Source: Candidatus Marinacidobacterales bacterium (GTDB lineage: Bacteria; Acidobacteriota; Vicinamibacteria; Marinacidobacterales; SMYC01). From it: DNA of 64,000 bases. Below, one piece after another: positions 1 through 10,655 of the stretch. The stretch covers positions 2,368,001 to 2,432,000 of the forward strand of contig OZ250169.1 in assembly GCA_965237955.1 (NCBI GenBank), read 5' to 3'. Below the pieces are notes generated by a model, which worked only from the letters and a program-made list of their open reading frames with translations, did not search any database and was not told the DNA's origin. Position 1 is the first letter of the stretch. Each line of letters opens with the position of its first letter. Both the position numbers and the translations under genes were made by a program.

Positions 1-15
1 ATCCCGTTTGCAGGC

Positions 16-756
16 GTGATCTCCTTCATTCTGTCGATAGGCTTCGGTGTTCTCCTTGGCCTCACCATTGCGGCCGCGCTCCGGTGGGCGAAAGTGCGCC
101 ACGAGGGGATTCTGTTCTTGTCCTCGGCCACGGCCGCGTCGAGCGCCTTCTACGTTAGCTGGGCGGTGTGGACGTGGCTCTTGCTCCGGCAATCGGACGT
201 CGAGGCCCACGTCTTGGCGCTCGTCCAAAAGCCAGATGTCGTCTGGGGACTTCTCGGCGAGATCAATGCCGTGGGTGCCTGGAGCATGAGCGGGTTCACC
301 CCCACGGGAGCCGTGCTTTGGGTGCTGTGGGGTCTCGAAGCGCTTCTGATCCTCGTGCCCGCGGTCCTGCTCCCGCTCGGGGTTTTGTCGGTGCCGTTTT
401 GTGAGCGCTGCGACATTTGGTGCGAGCCTTCGGAAGACGTGGCACGTCTCTCCGCGTGCGAGCCGTCGCAGTTGAAGTCCCATATGGACGCCAAGGAGCT
501 CGACGTCCTGCTCGAGCTGGGTAACCCCGCCGAGCACGACGACACCTGGATCCGCGTAGACCTCCACGATTGTCCGTCGTGCGGGAACTTGCACACGATG
601 ACGCTGAAATCAATCAGCGTCACCGACGACGACGACGGTGAGCACCAGCAGAAAAGAGCTCGAAGTGGTGAACCACTGTTGCTCAACACCGAGGAGGCGC
701 ACCAGATACGAGCGCTGGCACGAGCCCTCCAACCGGAGCCTGTAGAGGTCGGCTGA
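16..756 (+). CDS. Hypothetical membrane protein with C-terminal CxxC...CxxC zinc-ribbon-like region (may extend past the window start)
   Basis: Several hydrophobic segments, then CERC and CPSC motifs. Confidence 0.6.
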   Translation: MISFILSIGFGVLLGLTIAAALRWAKVRHEGILFLSSATAASSAFYVSWAVWTWLLLRQSDVEAHVLALVQKPDVVWGLLGEINAVGAWSMSGFTPTGAVLWVLWGLEALLILVPAVLLPLGVLSVPFCERCDIWCEPSEDVARLSACEPSQLKSHMDAKELDVLLELGNPAEHDDTWIRVDLHDCPSCGNLHTMTLKSISVTDDDDGEHQQKRARSGEPLLLNTEEAHQIRALARALQPEPVEVG

Positions 757-781
757 CTCCTGTAGAATAGCGTCGCTAATC

Positions 782-1648
782 ATGAGCGACGCGGCCGAAA
801 TTCGTCTCTCTCCGCCCGATCCGCATCCGTTCGTGAAATGGGCCGGCGGCAAAGGCTCGGTCGTCGGTGCGATCGCCGAGCGCATCCCGAAGGATCGGAC
901 CTTCCGGCGATACGTGGAGCCTTTCGTCGGTGCCGGCGCGATGTTCTTCTGGATGCGGCGTAGCTATCCCGGGCTTGGGTACGTGATCGCCGACTCGAAC
1001 GATGAGCTCATGGGTGCCTATTGCGCCATCCGTGACCATGTGGACGACGTCCTTGCGAAGCTCGAAACGCATGCCATGATGCACGGCGACGAGCATTTCT
1101 ATGCGGTGCGAAGCCGGGTACCGCACGCACCCATCGAGCGCGCCGCGCGCTTCATCTATCTCAACCGCACCTGCTACAACGGGCTCTATCGCGTGAACCG
1201 CAAGGGTGAGTTCAACGTTCCCATCGGGCGCTACGATAACCCAAAGATCGTCGACCGCCAGAACTTGCTCGCGGTAGCGACCGCCCTCGAGAACACCTCG
1301 TTGCGCTCGGGAGACTTCGGCGACATCACCGCCGAGTGCGAGGCAGGCGACCTCGTCTATCTCGATCCGCCCTTCGATCCGCTATCGGAAACCAGCCACT
1401 TCACGAGCTACACGCGGGACGGCTTTCACCGCCCGGAACAGGAGCGCCTTGCCGAGGCATTCGAGGCCATGGCGGCGAGGGGAGCGTCCGTCATTCTCTC
1501 CAACAGTGACACGGCCCTCATTCGGAAGCTCTACACGGGGCTCACACCGGCGCCGGTGATCGATGAAGTCGCAGTGCCGCGCTCGATCAACTCGAACGCG
1601 CGATCGCGTGGAAAGATCAAGGAGCTCCTGATCCACTATCACCCGTAG
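782..1648 (+). CDS. dam: Dam-family (D12 class) DNA adenine methyltransferase, orphan
   Basis: FVKWAGGK, EPFVGAGA (SAM binding), YLNRTCYNGLYRVN..GEFNVPIG, LDPPF catalytic motif. Confidence 0.9.
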   Translation: MSDAAEIRLSPPDPHPFVKWAGGKGSVVGAIAERIPKDRTFRRYVEPFVGAGAMFFWMRRSYPGLGYVIADSNDELMGAYCAIRDHVDDVLAKLETHAMMHGDEHFYAVRSRVPHAPIERAARFIYLNRTCYNGLYRVNRKGEFNVPIGRYDNPKIVDRQNLLAVATALENTSLRSGDFGDITAECEAGDLVYLDPPFDPLSETSHFTSYTRDGFHRPEQERLAEAFEAMAARGASVILSNSDTALIRKLYTGLTPAPVIDEVAVPRSINSNARSRGKIKELLIHYHP

Positions 1649-1764
1649 CCCCGCCACCCAGTCTGGCCAATTGTGGCACTGCAGAGACGGGTGAGATTTT
1701 CCGCGCCGTTGGCGCGGTTTTACAGGATCAGGTGGCACCAGAGACGCGCTAGAAGGACGGAACG

Positions 1765-2064
1765 GGCCTCATTTTCGGTATTCGTCTCTAATCCCGATTT
1801 TCGAGTGCCACGTTTGCGCCAAAGGGAGGAGCGGGCCGCTGACAGGGCCGTGCAGCGTCGGAAAAGAAGCCCCGCCCGAGGGGTCCAGAATCAAGGCCAA
1901 GGCTACCGTGGCGTAGCCGGCTAGCACGTTCTGGTCCAGGTGCGGCCCGGGCCTCCTTGATGTCCATCTTTCCCCAGGCCTGGATCCAGGCCTTCGCCCG
2001 GGAGCGTGGCGTCCCGTTTCTGGACGGTGTTTCCCTGCCACGCACGGGGGAACCCGAATCGCCG
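1765..2064. repeat. Non-coding subterminal repeat of B-type element (copy 1)
   Basis: Similar to 10320-10520 (inverted), 12311-12447 and 29496-29759. Confidence 0.85.
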
Positions 2065-2252
2065 GCCGCAACGTCACCCTCCAAGGGGCATTGGTGTCAC
2101 CTCGTTCGAATAAGCGAGTATCTCCACGACCGCCTAGGGACAACCCTGGCGTCCAGAACAAATAGGCCGGATATTCGAAAACAGTCGCACGAGCGAGCCT
2201 CTCCACGTTCATAAGACGCCGGTGGCGTCGGCGGGTCGACCGGTACGGAGCA

Positions 2253-2312
2253 GCCGATCGTGGCAGGTCTAAACCGTGCAATCAACGCTGGATCGACTTT
2301 TTGCGGAGCACA
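2253..2312. repeat. Solo element-end-like repeat (..GATCGAsTTTTTGCGGAGCAC)
   Basis: Near copy at 18061-18121. Confidence 0.7.
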
Positions 2313-2492
2313 ACTCAGGGCACTATCCCCAGCGCGCGTTCCATGGTTGGAAGGGCAACCTACAGATTCGGTATCAGAATCTGCTCGTAAACCCTTTGGC
2401 TCCCATGAGCTGCGGCCAGTGGTGCCAACCTGGTGCCTAGCATATTGGCGTGATCTGCGCGTGCGGGAGCCCAGGGACCCCCGCCGCGAAAT

Positions 2493-5462
2493 CTAGTAGT
2501 ACGTCCTGATATAGCCGTACGCTCGGTCGAACAACTCGGTGTCCTGGTGGAGCTTGTATTTGAACAGAGTTTTCCGTAGCGCCTTCCTGATCTCGCGCTC
2601 GCCTGCGTGGGTGTCCTGCCAGCCGTCGAACCTCACGACGCGGACGATCTCATCGATGTCGGCGACGACGCGCTCGACGATGATTGGCGTTTCACTGTTC
2701 TTCACTTCCTCAAACAGCTCCGTCAGAGCTTCTTTTCCACGCTCCTCTTGCTCGATCGGAGGAGCCACCTGCTCGGCGGTCACGACATCGCGCGCGAGAT
2801 TGAGCAGTTCCTTGAGGAAGTCAATGCTGAGCAGCAACCCTTGCTCGTGACGGTTCTTTAGGTCTTCCAGGCGTTCCGCCAGCGCCTTGAAGCGGGGATC
2901 GTGAAGGTGCTTTCGAAGCCGTCTGGCGACCTTGATCTCAATCTCCTTCGACTTCTTCTTCGGATCGGCAACCCCGAGTATCGCTTCGAGGAGGTCAGCA
3001 TCGACGACCAAAGTCTCGAGATCGTCCTGCACAGCCTCGACGTGAACGTTCTCATGGATGAGTTCGATCGTCTTCGCGCCAAGCCGGTGCCAGAGCAGCT
3101 GTCCCGTGCTCGAAACCGGTTTGACCGATTCGTAAACCTGTACGGTCCATCGGTAGTCGGTTTCGTACCCACCCAACATGGGGTCGGGTGAGATTGCCTC
3201 CCACAGCCGAGCCAAGTAACTGACGTCGGCCGCGAAGCGGTCACGCACATCGTTGTTCGGCAGACACTGCTGGGCTGACATCAGCCCTTCGTAGCCTGTC
3301 AGCGTCCGGTCGATGCCGGGAAAGTACTCCAGGCACTTCTGGATCGCCTCAGGGAGCCTCTCTTTGAGTTCGGCAATGTTCGAGACCACACGTGTGATGC
3401 CCTCTTCATCGAACTGGATCGCCTGAGCCACGTCGTCGAAGATCCCGAGGTAGTCGACGATCAGGCCGTGCGTCTTGAGCTGGCCATAAGGACGGTTCGT
3501 GCGGCATATCGCCTGCAAGAGGGTGTGATCTCGCAACGGCCGGTCCAGGTACATCGTCTGCAAGATGGGAGCATCGAAGCCCGTCAGCAGCTTGGACGTG
3601 ACGATGATGATTTTCAAAGGATCGTTGGGATCGCGGAAGCGGTCGAGAAGCTTCTCCTCCACGTCGCGGTCGTGCCGGTATGGGAGGTAGCTTTCCTCGC
3701 CGCTGTTCACGGACATGACGATGTCCGACACCTCGGGCGCCAGGTGCTGGTCTAGCGCCTGCTTGTAGAGTATGCAACTCTCGCGGTCGAATGTGACGAC
3801 CTGAGCGCCGAAGCCGTTCGGCGCCACTTTCTCCTCGAAGTGTTGTGCGATGTCGGAACAGACCGTCTGGATGCGTTCGGGCGATTTGAGCAGTACGGCC
3901 ATCTTCGCGGCGTGTTTCGCCAGCTGATCTCGCTCCTCGTCACTCAGGTCGGCTGTAAGCGCTTCGAATTCTTCGTCGATCTGGGCCTGGTCCACGTGAA
4001 GGTCGACCAGTCGGGGCTCAAAGTGCAGCTCCTTTGTAGCACCATCCCGGATGGAGTCCTCGAAGCCGTACCGGCTCATGTATCCGTTCGCATCCTCCTC
4101 GGCTCCGAAGGCGTAGAAGGTGTTCTTGTCGACTCGATTGATCGGAGTACCAGTCAGGCCGAAGAGAAACGCATTGGGCAGGGCGTCGCGCATCTTGCGA
4201 CCCAAGTCACCCTCTTGGGTGCGGTGCGCCTCATCCACCAGCACGATGACGTTGCCGCGCTCGTTCAACACACCGTCGGCCTCGCCGAACTTGTGGATTG
4301 TCGTGATGATGATCTTGCGGACGTCACTTCCAAGGAGGTTCTGCAGGTCCTTGCGGCTTTGGGCCTTGACCAGGTTGGGCGCGTCTGCGGCGTAGAACGT
4401 AGACGAAATCTGACTGTCGAGATCGACCCGGTCGACTACGATGACCACCGTCGGGTTCTTGAGCGCCGGGTGCAGCCGCAGCTTGCGGGCTGCAAATAGC
4501 ATGAGTAGCGACTTGCCCGAGCCCTGAAAGTGCCAGATCAAACCTTTCTTTGGTTGCCCCGCCACCACGCGTTCGACGAGTTTGTTCGCGCCTTCGTACT
4601 GCTGATAGCGGGCGACAATCTTGATGCGTTGCTTGCCCTTGTGCGTCGCGTACGACGTGAAGTTGGCCAATAAGTCGAGGACAACCTTGGGCCTGAGCAT
4701 CGACGTGACCGCCTGTTCGACCTGCGCCATCGAGGGCAGGGCATCGTCATCCTCGAGACGCCACGGGCCCCAGAACTCGACGGGCAGGCGAATCGCGCCG
4801 TAACGGTACTCCTTGCCCTCTGTCGCGACCGAGAAGGCGTTCGGCACGAAGAGCTCGGGCACGTTGCGCTCGTAGTCGTCATGCACCTGGAGCGCGCCGT
4901 CGAGCCAGCTCTGGCTGGAGCGCACGGGCGTCTTCGCCTCAATGAGCACGAGGGGAACACCGTTGGCGAGTAGGACGAGATCGGCCCGCTTCTCGGTCTT
5001 GCCGGCACGGAAGGTGTACTGCTGGGTAACGACGTAATGGTTCTGCTTGAGGTCTTCGAAGTCGATGAGCTTGATGGTCACGTGCTCGCCGTTCTCGCCG
5101 AAGGGCATCGACTTGTCGCCGACGAGCCAAGCGGCGAATTCCTCGTTGGCCTTGACTAGGCCGTCGCTGCGGACACCCATGATGATCGCCCGAAGCCGGT
5201 AGAGCACGTCGGCGGCGCGATCAGGCTGGGCCGCGATGACGGGGTTCAGGCGGATGAGGGCATCACGGAGGTGGTCCTCGACGAGCGCTTCTTGGGGCTG
5301 GCGGGGGAGGTTCTCGTGGGAGAGGTAGTGCCAACCGAGACCGGAGAGCTGGCCCGCGCGGCGAGCGAGCCCGGGGCCGACGGCGGTGTGATGCGTGACG
5401 CCGCCGCAGAGCAGGTCACGGACGAACGCTTCGACGGTATTGGCTTCGTTAAAGCTACCCAT
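2493..5462 (-). CDS. hsdR: Type I restriction endonuclease subunit R
   Basis: ADLVLLANGVPLVLIEAK nuclease motif, WHFQGSGKS, DEAHR, LTGFDAP, QAICRTNR; start set at MGSFNE. Confidence 0.95.
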   Translation of the reverse strand: MGSFNEANTVEAFVRDLLCGGVTHHTAVGPGLARRAGQLSGLGWHYLSHENLPRQPQEALVEDHLRDALIRLNPVIAAQPDRAADVLYRLRAIIMGVRSDGLVKANEEFAAWLVGDKSMPFGENGEHVTIKLIDFEDLKQNHYVVTQQYTFRAGKTEKRADLVLLANGVPLVLIEAKTPVRSSQSWLDGALQVHDDYERNVPELFVPNAFSVATEGKEYRYGAIRLPVEFWGPWRLEDDDALPSMAQVEQAVTSMLRPKVVLDLLANFTSYATHKGKQRIKIVARYQQYEGANKLVERVVAGQPKKGLIWHFQGSGKSLLMLFAARKLRLHPALKNPTVVIVVDRVDLDSQISSTFYAADAPNLVKAQSRKDLQNLLGSDVRKIIITTIHKFGEADGVLNERGNVIVLVDEAHRTQEGDLGRKMRDALPNAFLFGLTGTPINRVDKNTFYAFGAEEDANGYMSRYGFEDSIRDGATKELHFEPRLVDLHVDQAQIDEEFEALTADLSDEERDQLAKHAAKMAVLLKSPERIQTVCSDIAQHFEEKVAPNGFGAQVVTFDRESCILYKQALDQHLAPEVSDIVMSVNSGEESYLPYRHDRDVEEKLLDRFRDPNDPLKIIIVTSKLLTGFDAPILQTMYLDRPLRDHTLLQAICRTNRPYGQLKTHGLIVDYLGIFDDVAQAIQFDEEGITRVVSNIAELKERLPEAIQKCLEYFPGIDRTLTGYEGLMSAQQCLPNNDVRDRFAADVSYLARLWEAISPDPMLGGYETDYRWTVQVYESVKPVSSTGQLLWHRLGAKTIELIHENVHVEAVQDDLETLVVDADLLEAILGVADPKKKSKEIEIKVARRLRKHLHDPRFKALAERLEDLKNRHEQGLLLSIDFLKELLNLARDVVTAEQVAPPIEQEERGKEALTELFEEVKNSETPIIVERVVADIDEIVRVVRFDGWQDTHAGEREIRKALRKTLFKYKLHQDTELFDRAYGYIRTYY

Positions 5463-6648
5463 CCAGGCCCCAGGCCGTGTGCAGTAATATCCCTTTGACA
5501 CGCCTAGCGGCTCCTTCGCGTGACCGGGCATTCCACCGAGCCGCCCGAAGCGCAGCGAGATTTTCCATTATTCTCCTCTGTTCCGCGAGAGCAGGGGCGA
5601 AGAGGCTGTGAGCACGGATGTCCTGTCCATTGACTTTCCAGATCCCATTTGATGACTTGGCTCTGGCACTAAGCCGTCTGTGGACGCTGGGCAAGTTCCA
5701 CTGTGCTACTGCGAACTGCGGGAGAATTTTGTTCGTGTCAAAACGAAGCCGAATTAGAAGATCGGGGTAGAATAGTTCATCGTGGGATTCGTTGCTGAGG
5801 CCCACCTTGCCGCAAAACTGACGATTCCCGTTGCCGCGAATGACAAAGGCATCTCCACGCTTTACAAAGAACTGGCGAGCGACGTCCGCTTCGATCTTCG
5901 CGTGTTTGATGCACCCGGTTGAGTCGAAGAGCCCGTCACTGACCGCGCTGATACTCACTGTTTTGAAACCTTCTCCATCGGAGTTTGCACTTGGGGAGAC
6001 GCCATTTCGCGGTGGCTCGCGGAGTAGTTTCGCCACTGGTACAAGTGCACTGCAAGGCATTCCGAGCATGACGTTCTCAAGAAGTCCGATTTCTGCAGCG
6101 TGGAGCAATGGTTTCAGGTTACGCAGCGACTCAACCACCGACTCCGCTGCACTTAGGACCTCAGCGATCCGCCGCTGCTCATCCAGCGGCGGCAGCAGAA
6201 ACTCGTAGCTCGCCAAGTCTGAGAAGTTGACATACGGGTTGACGGATCCCTTCGATTCCCTTTTCGAGTGCGCATGAAACGGCTCGGTCTGCATAATGAA
6301 CGGCAATAGTTCCGGCAGCAGGACATCTGGATCTCTTGACTCAAGCACATAGGTGGTGTTGGCGGTAATGCCCTCAAAGTCTGCTAGAGCAACTTTCCGC
6401 AGATACGTTCGGCGTGAACCATAGAGTACGTGTCGAGGCTTGAAGCGCATATGGAAGGCGGGCCCGAGGTAGTCTACGCCGATCGCGCCCCAGCGCCGGA
6501 TGCGGAGATCGTCGGTGTCCATATGTTCTCCGGCGATGTAGCGCTCAAGGCCGGATTCCTCTGGATCAACCTTGTCCTTGATCTGTCGCACGACATCGCC
6601 GAATGCAACGGCGGTCCAGCCGGCCTTCGTAGTCGCCACCTCAGGCAT
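5455..6648 (-). CDS. hsdS: Type I RM specificity subunit S
   Basis: Two TRDs each followed by a PPLDEQRRI / PALAEQRRI-type conserved region; between hsdM and hsdR. Confidence 0.92.
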   Translation of the reverse strand: MPEVATTKAGWTAVAFGDVVRQIKDKVDPEESGLERYIAGEHMDTDDLRIRRWGAIGVDYLGPAFHMRFKPRHVLYGSRRTYLRKVALADFEGITANTTYVLESRDPDVLLPELLPFIMQTEPFHAHSKRESKGSVNPYVNFSDLASYEFLLPPLDEQRRIAEVLSAAESVVESLRNLKPLLHAAEIGLLENVMLGMPCSALVPVAKLLREPPRNGVSPSANSDGEGFKTVSISAVSDGLFDSTGCIKHAKIEADVARQFFVKRGDAFVIRGNGNRQFCGKVGLSNESHDELFYPDLLIRLRFDTNKILPQFAVAQWNLPSVHRRLSARAKSSNGIWKVNGQDIRAHSLFAPALAEQRRIMENLAALRAARWNARSREGAARRVKGILLHTAWGLDG

Positions 6649-8149
6649 CGATCACCTTCTCGGCAACGTCACTGTTCAGAGTCTCGACTAACTCGTCTAT
6701 CTCCATCCAGAACTCACGGCCGGCTGTATCGAAGTGTTTCCAATTCTCAGCGAGAGACTCGGTTGACTTCGCCGTCGATCTTGTGGCTTTTCGAGCGACA
6801 TAGTGGTGAACCGTGAGATCGCCGCTCTTCGCCAGGATTTCGTCGGTCGTCGCAACGGCGGCGAACTCGGTCTCGTTCTCGAATGCTTGGTACGCGGCGA
6901 GAATCTGCGACTGGTGTTCAGATTGCAGGAAGCTCTGAGTGTTCTCCCTCGCGATCACATGAACGGCGTCGATGAAGAGCGTCTTGCCTTTTCGAACCTT
7001 GGGTTTCTTGGAGCGGCAAATGACGACGCAGGCTTCCATCGGCGAGTTGTAGAACAGGCTGGGCCCAAGCCCGAGCACACACTCGACCATGTCGGTCGCG
7101 ACCAGGTTACGGCGCATGTTAGCCTCCGCCTTCCGAAAGAGCACCCCATGTGGGAACAGAATTGCGCAGCGACCCGTATTCGGGTCCATGCTCTTAAGGA
7201 TGTGCTGGAAGAAGGCGTAGTCGGCGCGGCCCTGTGGCGGTGTTCCTAGAAAGTTGCGGCCCCAATCGTCACTCTGCCACGCCTCGCGGTTCCATTTCTT
7301 GATCGAGTACGGCGGATTGGCGAGGACCACGTCGAAGGTCTTGAGTCGGTCGCGCTCGATCAGGGCCGGATCGTGCAGCGTGTTGCCGCTGCGGATGTCG
7401 AAGTCGGAGACGCCATGCAGCACGAGGTTCATGCGGGCGATGGCCGTGGTGATATTGATGAGCTCCTGCCCGTAAAGGCCAATGGTACGGGTGTCTCCCC
7501 CATTGCGTTTCACTTCGGCCAAGCACGAGATGAGCATGCCGCCGGTGCCGCAGGTCGGGTCGTAGATGGTCTCGCCCTCCTTGGGTTCGAGCATCTGCGC
7601 CATCAGGTGCACGAGCGTGCGGTTGGTATAAAACTCTTGCGCGGTGTGGCCGCTGTCGTCGGCGAATTGCTTGATGAGGTACTCGTAGCCGTTGCCGAGT
7701 TCGTCCTCGGGCACGTTGGCAAGGCTCAGAGGATGCTTCGAGAAATGCTCGATGAGATTCTTGAGCTTCTCGTCGGGCATCTGGGCCTTGTCGGTCCAGG
7801 CGGCGTTGCCGAAGACGCCCTGCAGCCGCTGCGGGTTGGCGGCCTCAATGGCTTGGTAGGCGTCCAGAAGGGCCCGGCCGGTATCGCGTGAGGCCTCGCG
7901 AGCGTCCTTCCAGTGCGAACCTTCGGGAATGGTGAAGCGGTCGTTTGCGGTCTCGGTGGCGTAGCCTTCGTCCTGGGAGTCCTCGAAGGCCTCGCGGTAG
8001 TCCTCGTCCCAGACATCCGAGAGGCGCTTGAAGAAGAGCAGCGGAAAGATGTACTGCTTGTAGTCGCTGGCATCGATGAGCCCGCGCAGAAGCGTGGCCG
8101 CGCCCCAGAGGTAGGACTCGAGCTCCTTCTGTGAGAGGTGATCGCTCAT
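6641..8149 (-). CDS. hsdM: Type I RM methyltransferase subunit M (NPPY type)
   Basis: LWGAATLLRG, YDPTCGTGGML, ANPPY; ATGA overlap with upstream hsdM. Confidence 0.93.
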   Translation of the reverse strand: MSDHLSQKELESYLWGAATLLRGLIDASDYKQYIFPLLFFKRLSDVWDEDYREAFEDSQDEGYATETANDRFTIPEGSHWKDAREASRDTGRALLDAYQAIEAANPQRLQGVFGNAAWTDKAQMPDEKLKNLIEHFSKHPLSLANVPEDELGNGYEYLIKQFADDSGHTAQEFYTNRTLVHLMAQMLEPKEGETIYDPTCGTGGMLISCLAEVKRNGGDTRTIGLYGQELINITTAIARMNLVLHGVSDFDIRSGNTLHDPALIERDRLKTFDVVLANPPYSIKKWNREAWQSDDWGRNFLGTPPQGRADYAFFQHILKSMDPNTGRCAILFPHGVLFRKAEANMRRNLVATDMVECVLGLGPSLFYNSPMEACVVICRSKKPKVRKGKTLFIDAVHVIARENTQSFLQSEHQSQILAAYQAFENETEFAAVATTDEILAKSGDLTVHHYVARKATRSTAKSTESLAENWKHFDTAGREFWMEIDELVETLNSDVAEKVIDA

Positions 8150-9560
8150 TCCAGCCATCCTCCTTCGGTCAGCACGGTGCGGAGGTGATCTTCAGCGGCG
8201 CGAGCTTCGGAGAGTGCTTCCTTGAACGCGGCGACGGCCTCGGGGAACGGAGGTATGTCCTCGCCGATGGGCGGCAGGACGTAGCGGGAGATATTGAGCG
8301 TCCAACCTTCCTCTTTGATCTCGTCGAGGGTGACGACCTTGGCGCGGTTCTCGACATCCTCAAAGGCTTGGAACCACTCGACGATCCGCTCGCCGTGTTC
8401 GATGTCGAGGAAGTTCTGAGCGCGGCCCTTTCGGAAGAGATTCGAGGCGTCGATGATGAGCACCCTGTTCTTCCGCTCGGCAGACTTCTTGCGACGGAAG
8501 ATCACGACGCAGCCGGCGAGCTGCGTACCGTAGAAGAGGTTCGGCGCGAGGCCGATGACCGCTTCGATCACGTCTTCCTTGAGGAGGGCTTCGCGGATCT
8601 TGCCTTCGGCGCTCTTGCGGAAGAGTGCGCCTTGTGGGAGGACGACGGCCATGCGGCTGCTACCGCCATAGGCCATCGACGCGATCATGTGCTGAACGAA
8701 GGCGTAGTCGCCGTAGCTGTTCGGGGGCAGCCCATGTTGCGCCCGGCCCCAGGGATCGTTCTCCCAGACCTCGCGTCCCCATTCCTTGAGTGAGAAGGGT
8801 GGATTGGCGATCACGCAGTCGAAAGTGGCGAGGCCGCCGGCACCGTCGGTGAAGACCGGATCGCGGAGAGTGTCCTCGCGGGCGATCTGGGAGTCTTCGA
8901 TGCCGTGGAGGACGAGGTTCATCCGGGCGACTGAAGACGTCGTGAGGTTCTTTTCCTGACCGTAGACCTTGCCGAAGAAGGTGCGCGGGTCGCCGCCGGC
9001 ACGCTTCACGTGGTCGATGGCGGCGAGCAGCATACCGCCGGTGCCGCAGGCGGGGTCGTAGATCGACTCGCCTTCCTTTGGGTCGAGGATCTCGACCATC
9101 ATCCGTACCACACTACGGGGAGTGTAGAACTCGCCAGCCTTGTTGCGGCGGGTGACGTCGGCGAACTTGCCGACTAGGTACTCGTAGGCGTCGCCGAGAA
9201 TGTCGGTGTCGACGGCGGTGTTGCCGAGCGAGATCGACGAGAAACCCTCGATCAAATCCTTGAGTAGCTCGTCGGTGAACTTTTCCTTGTTGCCCCAGTC
9301 AGCGGCCCCGAAGACGCGGTAGAGCGTATCTGGGTTAGCCCGCTCGATCTCCTGCATCGCGTGGGCGAGCGCGGTTCCAACATTCACCGCTGTCTCACGG
9401 ATGTCGCGCCAATGACATCCCTCTGGCACCTGGAAGCGATGGACCTCAGGGAACTGTGACGAGTAGGCGTCGCCGTAGGTGTCTGTGGCCTCGGAGTTTT
9501 CCTCATCCCAGACGTCGCAAATCCTTTTGAAGAAGAGCAGCGGCAGGATATAGCCCTTCC
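8146..9560 (-). pseudogene. hsdM: Second Type I methyltransferase subunit M (NPPF type), 5' end removed by an element end
   Basis: GEFYTPR, YDPACGTGGML, ANPPF; homology starts abruptly at KGYILPLLFFKR next to the repeat at 9561. Confidence 0.88.
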
Positions 9561-9770
9561 CGTCCTGTGCCAAAACTCGGCCCTTTTGAAATAGACCACA
9601 AATCAGCAGCTTAGACGCCCTTGGAATCCGCACAGAATCGAGGGTATTTCGCGCCGCAGGGCTGACTTCCGACCCATGGGCTGGCGGATGAATAAATAGA
9701 AGGCACACCAGGAGTTACAACGGCTACTTCCTGTGCGTCTCCGGTTCCGAACGGAGCTTTACCCGCACCG

Positions 9771-10133
9771 CTAGCGGGCAGTTCGCAGCAGCGCCAACGC
9801 GTAGACAATCCCGATGGCCGGAACCACCGAAAATGCCAGCGCAAGCTCCCAATCTCCTCGCACTCTTCCCGCGGCAATCATCTGCGCAACCCACAGGTCG
9901 GCGATCACGTTCGCCGTCAGGAGCGCCATCATGGCGAGGATCTTCGTCGTGGCGAGGCGGGGCCGCAGCACGAGCAGAAGTAATCCCGCGGCGCCAAGAG
10001 GGTGCAGGAGGACCACCAGCAGCCGTTGCCAGACGTCTCCACCGTTAGCGAATGCTCCAACCAGGGCCGTGAATCCTGCGAAGACCGCGTGAATCACAGC
10101 GAGAACCGTCACCGAAATCCGGAAGCTGGTCAT
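9771..10133 (-). CDS. Small hypothetical membrane protein (~4 TM)
   Basis: 120-aa hydrophobic ORF from MTSFRISV. Confidence 0.6.
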   Translation of the reverse strand: MTSFRISVTVLAVIHAVFAGFTALVGAFANGGDVWQRLLVVLLHPLGAAGLLLLVLRPRLATTKILAMMALLTANVIADLWVAQMIAAGRVRGDWELALAFSVVPAIGIVYALALLRTAR

Positions 10134-10655
10134 GGAGACATGATATATCCCTGCTGGGGAGCTACCTAATTGCCGGCCAAAACAGTCGGCGGTTTCGGAC
10201 ATGTAGGGGACGAGACGCGCGTGGTAGACGTTGCGGTTTTGACCGCGGCACACGGGCTGTGCGCCGGGGAAGAACTGCAGGAGGTCAGTGCGGAGTTGAG
10301 GCCAAATCCGAGACAAGTAAGGAAATCAAGGAGGCTCAGTCGCACCTGGACCAGAACATGCTAGGGCAGCCATGCCGCGGTAGCCTCGGCCTCGATTCTG
10401 GGCTTCTCGGGTGGCATCTTTTCCGCTGCCGCACGGCCCGGTCAACGCCCTGCACCCCTATTTGGCGCAAACTTGGCACTCGAAAATCGAGATTAGAGAC
10501 GAAAACCGAAAATGACGCCCTTTCAGCCCTTGTGCCTTCTATTTATTCATCCGCCAGCCCCATGGGTCGGAAGTCAGCCCTACGGCGCGAAATACCCTCG
10601 CTTCTGCGCGGATTCCAAGGGCGTCTAAGCTGCTGATTTGTGGTCTATTTCAAAA

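Noticed and set aside
9562-9708. N-terminal extension of hsdM and recurrent [11 protein letters not shown] / [10 protein letters not shown] peptides as a protein domain
   Set aside because: They are translations of the repeated DNA end
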